Source of the DNA: Nitrospira sp.
GTDB lineage: Bacteria; Nitrospirota; Nitrospiria; Nitrospirales; Nitrospiraceae
DNA: 64,000 bases
Assembly: GCA_029865225.1 (NCBI GenBank)
Contig: JAOUHJ010000001.1
Location: forward strand, 24,512 to 88,511
Direction of reading: 5' to 3'
The notes beneath the pieces were generated by a model. That model made no database searches. It saw nothing but the letters and a program-made list of their open reading frames with translations, and was not told where the DNA came from. Positions 59,370 to 64,000 of this stretch are shown piece after piece (positions within the stretch are counted from its first letter, which is position 1; every line of letters begins with the position of its first letter). The position numbers and the translations under genes are program-made.

Positions 59370-61904
59370 TTATGTCCAAGCGTCGGTAAGTTGCCCATTA
59401 CCATCCCGCCAATGCGGCGTCCAGGCGAGGGCTACAAGCTTCACAGCGATGTTGGCCTTTGTAGGTTTGATTGAAATCGTGTCGAGCTTTTCATTCAGCG
59501 GGTCGGTCGCTGCCGCCAGGGCGTCACTCTCTGATTTGAACTGCGCTTCAAGCTCCGCCAGCTGCTGTTGAAGGGCAGCCACATTTTCTTCTGCCACTCC
59601 GACATCCTTGGATTCTTTCATGACCCGGCCTGCGCTCCGAATCGCAGTCGTCGCGCGACCGATGTTCGATGCGCTGATCGTCTTTCGCCCCATAAAGGCG
59701 CCAAGGATGGACGCTCCGACGGAAATCGCCGCTTGCACCTGACTGGCGCGTGATTCGGTCTGCTGTTTTTCCTTTGCCAATTCGGCCCGCCTGATACGCT
59801 CTTCAAGCGTCGCAATCTTCGAGGCATATTTCCGGCGCAGTTCTTCCACCGCTTTATCGCGGGCTTCGCGTCCAACCTGCTGCAATCGCACACGGAAGTC
59901 ACGCTCAGACTCACCAAGATTGGACACTTCTTTAGCACTGGGGCTCTTGAATAATTCCAGCTTCTGCGTCCTGTAGAGCCATCCACCGAAGTCCTTGTTC
60001 CAGTCGGCATAGTTCTTCGCCTTACCGGCGTTTGTTGGTAAGGCAAGAAACTGGGCGCCTTCTTCGGGATCTTGTTCAAGATCACCCACGGACAAACCCG
60101 CCGATTCGGCTTTATCCCAATCGACCGCCACGGGACCATCTACCACAGGGGCGACGACGGTCACCTCCTGAGTCGTGTCGATGCCACTCTTCGAATCGGA
60201 AAACCGGATCTGTGACGACCCGAGCAGCATCGGTGCGTATACCAGCTCACTCCCTTCCGGCTTCGCACCACGAAGCGGTACGAAGTGCTGTGGCACATCC
60301 GGAGGCAACATGGGGCGTGAAGCGTGAGGCGTAAGGTGTGAAGCGTCTGGAGACGAAGTCTTCGAGCTAGGCGTTTCACGTTTCACATTTAACGTTTCAC
60401 TTCTTACCGGATCCATCAAGATCTTGATCTGCGTGCGCGTGAGCGGCCCACGGAGATAGGACAGACACCAACGGGTCTCGAACACCACCGGTTCGTCCTC
60501 ATGGACGTTATTCATGAGAAAAATGCGATTCCCGAGTCCTGCCAGGGTTTGTTCCATCTGGCCGCGATCAAACTTTTTCCCGGCGCTACTCGAGGCTCCC
60601 TCCAACCCCTCCAACACACGGGCTTTATCCCGCTCAGTCTGCAACCGACCGATGAACCACGTCCCGGTGTTGGCCAAACCCTTGTAATCGAGGTCGACGG
60701 GATTCTGCGTGGCCAGCACGACCCCAAGACCGAAGGCACGCGCCTGTTTCAGGAGGGTCAGCAGCGGCAATTTCGAAGGTGGATTGGAAATCGGTGGGAA
60801 ATACCCAAAGATCTCATCCATGTACAAGAGAGCACGAAGGCTCGTGGTCCCTGATTGGGCCCTCATCCAGCCGACCATCTGGCTCAGCAGCAACGTCACG
60901 AAGAACATCCGTTCGGCATCATTCAGATGAGCGATCGAGAAAATGGCCAAGCGAGGCTTGCCTGAGGGCATGTACATGATGGACTGAATATCCAGCGCTT
61001 CCCCTTCGAGCCAAGCCTGAAATCCAGGCGCAGCGAGGAGGTTATTCAGCTTCATCGCGAGCGCAAAACGCTCTTTCGACGGGAAGAAAGAATCGACGTC
61101 CATGACACCGATCTTGGACACAGGAGGCGATTGAATCGCATGGATCAGTGCGGCCAAATCCAGATCTTCTTCTTTCTTCCAGGTCTGGTCGAGAATGGTC
61201 GAAAGCAGAATATGCTCGCGGCTTTGAATCGGGTCAGCCTCGATACCGAGCAAGCCAAGGAGGCTCGTGACCGTCGTGCTGATACGCTCGCGCAACAACT
61301 CCGCATCGTTCAAGACATCAGCCGACGGAGCAGCGAATGATTTCAAAATCGACACCGGCAACCCGGCGCTGCTGCCAGGCGTGTAAATAGCGATGTCCGC
61401 GGCATCGCGGAACCGTTGTATGCGCGCGCCGTCCTGCTGCCAACCAGCCAATCCCTTGGTCCATAATTCAGCCTGCGCGTCGGCATAATCGGCGGAAGAC
61501 AAACCCTTCTTGCGTGCATCGTCTTCATTGATCCAGGGTTGGAAATCTTCACCCTTCAAGCTTGGAAATGTCAGCATCAAATTGCCCAGGTCGCCCTTGG
61601 GATCGATGATAATGGCTGGAATGTTATCGATCGCCGCTTCTTCGAGAAGTGCGAGACATAAGCCAGTCTTGCCGCTGCCTGTCATCCCAACACACACGGC
61701 ATGGGTCACTAAATCTTTCGAGTCGTACAGAAGCCATCCCGGCTTAGCCTGCTTGGCAGCGAGGTCATACGGCCGGCCCATATAGAACACACCGAGCTTT
61801 TCAAAATCCTCAGAAGTAGGCGACGTTGCCTTCACAGGTGTGGCGGACTTCTTCGTTTCCTTTTCGGCCGTTGCTCCAGACTCTGTTTTCTTCGCCTTCG
61901 GCAT
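59370..61904 (-). CDS. large HerA/FtsK-superfamily P-loop ATPase (DUF87-like), function unknown
   Basis: ATG 61904 is preceded by GAGGGGG; the track lists a TTG at 61925. Walker A is VGMTGSGKTG and Walker B is ALLYMDEIF. The arginine-finger-like region is VLATQNPVDLDYKGLANTGTWFIGRLQT. The C-terminal third is predicted coiled-coil/basic. Confidence 0.8.
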   Translation of the reverse strand: MPKAKKTESGATAEKETKKSATPVKATSPTSEDFEKLGVFYMGRPYDLAAKQAKPGWLLYDSKDLVTHAVCVGMTGSGKTGLCLALLEEAAIDNIPAIIIDPKGDLGNLMLTFPSLKGEDFQPWINEDDARKKGLSSADYADAQAELWTKGLAGWQQDGARIQRFRDAADIAIYTPGSSAGLPVSILKSFAAPSADVLNDAELLRERISTTVTSLLGLLGIEADPIQSREHILLSTILDQTWKKEEDLDLAALIHAIQSPPVSKIGVMDVDSFFPSKERFALAMKLNNLLAAPGFQAWLEGEALDIQSIMYMPSGKPRLAIFSIAHLNDAERMFFVTLLLSQMVGWMRAQSGTTSLRALLYMDEIFGYFPPISNPPSKLPLLTLLKQARAFGLGVVLATQNPVDLDYKGLANTGTWFIGRLQTERDKARVLEGLEGASSSAGKKFDRGQMEQTLAGLGNRIFLMNNVHEDEPVVFETRWCLSYLRGPLTRTQIKILMDPVRSETLNVKRETPSSKTSSPDASHLTPHASRPMLPPDVPQHFVPLRGAKPEGSELVYAPMLLGSSQIRFSDSKSGIDTTQEVTVVAPVVDGPVAVDWDKAESAGLSVGDLEQDPEEGAQFLALPTNAGKAKNYADWNKDFGGWLYRTQKLELFKSPSAKEVSNLGESERDFRVRLQQVGREARDKAVEELRRKYASKIATLEERIRRAELAKEKQQTESRASQVQAAISVGASILGAFMGRKTISASNIGRATTAIRSAGRVMKESKDVGVAEENVAALQQQLAELEAQFKSESDALAAATDPLNEKLDTISIKPTKANIAVKLVALAWTPHWRDGNGQLTDAWT
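60317..60400. repeat. 84-nt imperfect palindrome inserted in frame in the ATPase gene
   Basis: I paired it by hand. Positions 60317-60350 pair with 60367-60400 with only 3 mismatches if G-T pairs are allowed (9 of them). An apical 4-bp stem is 60354-57/60361-64. The arms are built from GTGA(A/G)GCG units on the left and CGTTTCAC units on the right. Confidence 0.6.
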
Positions 61905-62257
61905 ACCGATATCCCCCTCGCTCAACGATCGGAATGAATTTCGCGGTATTGTAGTAAGCTAGACGAGGAGCTGCAAGCGGGAGAGAACGATCAAACGAGT
62001 AGAACGGCATGAAAAACGGGAAATCGCCGTAGCGGTGTGCAACACGTTCTCTCTTTCCCTTCCTCTTCCCGGCGGACGGAAGGGATGAGCATGGAAGGTT
62101 CGCCGTAGCGCCAATTGCCGCGGATGAGCCAACAAAGGTGCTGGGCGCCGTTCCGTCAGTTTGTCTGGTAAGGCGCACAGCCAATAGTAGAGAGACAGGG
62201 TGGCGTTGGAATTCATCGCATTACGGCGGACCCGGAATGCTCGCCCTTCTGCCCGCC

Positions 62258-64000
62258 TCAGACCCCCGCTTCTTTCAACACCTGCCCCGTATACGACCGC
62301 TTCGCTTTCGCAATTTCTTTCGGTGGTCCTTCAGCGACGATCTCACCACCCCGATCGCCGCCTTCCGGACCAAGGTCGATAATCCAGTCCGCGTTCTTGA
62401 TCACATCGAGATTATGTTCGATCACCAGCACCGTATTCCCTGCTTCGACCAGTCGATCCAGCACGTCGAGCAATCGCTGCACATCGGCGAAATGCAGCCC
62501 GGTCGTTGGCTCGTCGAGAATATACATCGTGCGCCCGGTGGCACGTTTCGACAGCTCACGCGACAACTTCACCCGTTGCGCCTCGCCACCGGACAGCGTC
62601 GTGGCCGACTGGCCAAGCTTCACATAGTGCAGGCCGACATCGTGCAGCGTCTGGAGCTTTGCCTTGATCAGCGGAATGTGTTCGAAGAACTCCAACGCGT
62701 CGTCCACCGTCATGTTCAGCACGTCGGCAATGCTCTTGCCCTTGTGGTGGATCTCCAGCGTTTCACGGTTGTACCGCTGGCCTTTGCAGACTTCGCAGGT
62801 CACATAGACATCGGGCAGGAAATGCATCTCGATCTTGATGAGCCCATCACCCTGACAGGCTTCGCAGCGGCCGCCTTTTACATTGAAGCTATAGCGGCCA
62901 GGCTTGTAGCCACGGACCCGTGACTCCGGCAAATTGGAGTAAAGATCTCGAATGTAGCTAAACAGGCCTGTATAGGTCGCAGGGTTCGACCGGGGCGTCC
63001 GGCCGATGGGCGATTGATCGATGTCGATCACCTTGTCCAGCGCGTCGACCCCCTTGAGTTCTTTGCACCCATCGATCTTGGGCTTCTTGTGGTAGAGCAG
63101 TTGCGAAAGGGAATGAAACAGGACTTCCAGCACAAGCGTGCTCTTGCCTGATCCGGACACCCCCGTCACACAAGTGAAGAGTCCGAGAGGAATTTTCGCG
63201 GTCACATTTTTCAGATTATGCTTCTGTGCCCCCACCACCGAAAGCGTCCCTCTGGGCTTCCGTTGGCGCTGCGGCACTGACACAGTCTGGACCCCGCGCA
63301 GATACTGGCCGGTCAGTGAATTGGGGTCACCCATCACCTGCTGCGGCGTGCCCTGTGCGATCACGTGCCCCCCTTGCGAGCCCGCTCCAGGCCCCATGTC
63401 GAGAATGTGATCCGCCGCAATCATGGTTTCTGCATCATGTTCGACCACGACGACGGTGTTCCCCAGATCCCGCAGCCTGAGCAACGTCTGCAACAGCCGC
63501 CGATTGTCTCGCTGGTGTAACCCGATCGACGGCTCGTCGAGGATGTACAGCACGCCAACCAGACCGGACCCAATCTGCGTCGCCAAGCGAATTCGTTGCC
63601 CCTCGCCGCCGGACAACGTCGCCGCCGCACGATCGAGCGTCAGGTAGTCCAAGCCGACATTGACGAGAAAGCCTAATCGCTCACGAATTTCTTTTAAGAT
63701 GCGATGGGCAATCACAAGTTCACGGTCGGAAAATTTGAGGCTGTGGAAGAAGTCAGCTGCGGCACGCACCGAGAGGCTGGTGACCTCGGCGATCGATTTC
63801 TTCGCCAGTTTGATCGACAAACTTTCTGGCCTCAGTCTTGCTCCGTGACAGACCGAGCAGGGTTCCAGGAGGGTGAAGTCTTCCTCTTCCGGACAACCCG
63901 GCGTCACGGCATAGCCGATGCCGTCACAAGTCGGGCAGGCCCCGTGCGGGCTATTGAAGGAAAACACTCTGGGCGTGACTTCTGGATAGCTGACGCCGCA
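62258..64000 (-). CDS. uvrA: excinuclease ABC subunit A homolog, 3' part (N-terminus lies beyond window end)
   Basis: The frame is open to the window edge (..[29 protein letters not shown]). ABC signature [12 protein letters not shown], Walker [12 protein letters not shown], second Walker [10 protein letters not shown], the C-terminal Zn finger CEACQGDG...CEVCKG, and [11 protein letters not shown] are all present. Confidence 0.92.
   Translation of the reverse strand, partial: CGVSYPEVTPRVFSFNSPHGACPTCDGIGYAVTPGCPEEEDFTLLEPCSVCHGARLRPESLSIKLAKKSIAEVTSLSVRAAADFFHSLKFSDRELVIAHRILKEIRERLGFLVNVGLDYLTLDRAAATLSGGEGQRIRLATQIGSGLVGVLYILDEPSIGLHQRDNRRLLQTLLRLRDLGNTVVVVEHDAETMIAADHILDMGPGAGSQGGHVIAQGTPQQVMGDPNSLTGQYLRGVQTVSVPQRQRKPRGTLSVVGAQKHNLKNVTAKIPLGLFTCVTGVSGSGKSTLVLEVLFHSLSQLLYHKKPKIDGCKELKGVDALDKVIDIDQSPIGRTPRSNPATYTGLFSYIRDLYSNLPESRVRGYKPGRYSFNVKGGRCEACQGDGLIKIEMHFLPDVYVTCEVCKGQRYNRETLEIHHKGKSIADVLNMTVDDALEFFEHIPLIKAKLQTLHDVGLHYVKLGQSATTLSGGEAQRVKLSRELSKRATGRTMYILDEPTTGLHFADVQRLLDVLDRLVEAGNTVLVIEHNLDVIKNADWIIDLGPEGGDRGGEIVAEGPPKEIAKAKRSYTGQVLKEAGV

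Noticed and set aside
61926-62257. Long intergenic region examined for a tRNA, tmRNA, SRP, 6S or RNase P RNA gene
   Set aside because: There is no T-loop (GGTTCGAATCC-like) or cloverleaf arrangement, and I could not recognise conserved motifs of the common housekeeping RNAs. I found only short repeats, which are reported at low interest.
62138-62923. 261-aa plus-strand ORF overlapping the 3' end of uvrA and the intergenic region
   Set aside because: It is antisense to a frame with clear ABC-ATPase motifs and has no recognisable features of its own.

Overview
Densely coding, GC-rich chromosomal window. The protein sequences look Nitrospirota/Nitrospira-like, but that is my impression only and I could not verify it. 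(1) 1-15.1 kb, almost all on the minus strand, is a copper and envelope-redox region. It holds a Tat-exported multicopper oxidase, a Cu(I) P1B-ATPase with unusual N-terminal metal modules, a DsbA-like protein, an Slp lipoprotein, a small c-type cytochrome and an excisionase-type HTH protein. It then holds the most interesting cluster in the window: four paralogous small secreted His-rich proteins with a CxWxC motif, interleaved with two paralogous beta-barrel outer-membrane proteins, a TlpA-like thioredoxin, a beta-propeller lipoprotein and TonB. (2) 15.4-42 kb is housekeeping: secA, a MidA/NDUFAF7-type methyltransferase directly upstream of a complete nuo operon (nuoA-N with fused nuoCD), yihY, a polytopic membrane protein, an M50/CBS protease, a gloA-like gene, dapF and uvrC. 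(3) 42-59 kb is a signalling region. It holds a FadL-type OMP, a convergent LuxR/LuxI acyl-homoserine-lactone pair with a shared upstream 9-mer, two HisKA_3/NarL two-component pairs, a REC-DHp protein with no ATPase domain, YqhA, and a FIST / hybrid-kinase / REC-kinase operon. (4) 59-64 kb holds a large HerA/FtsK-like P-loop ATPase carrying an in-frame 84-nt palindromic insert, and a partial uvrA that appears to lack the insertion domain. I recognised no rRNA, tRNA, CRISPR array, transposase or integrase by eye. Most long antisense ORFs in the track are shadow ORFs of the genes listed.
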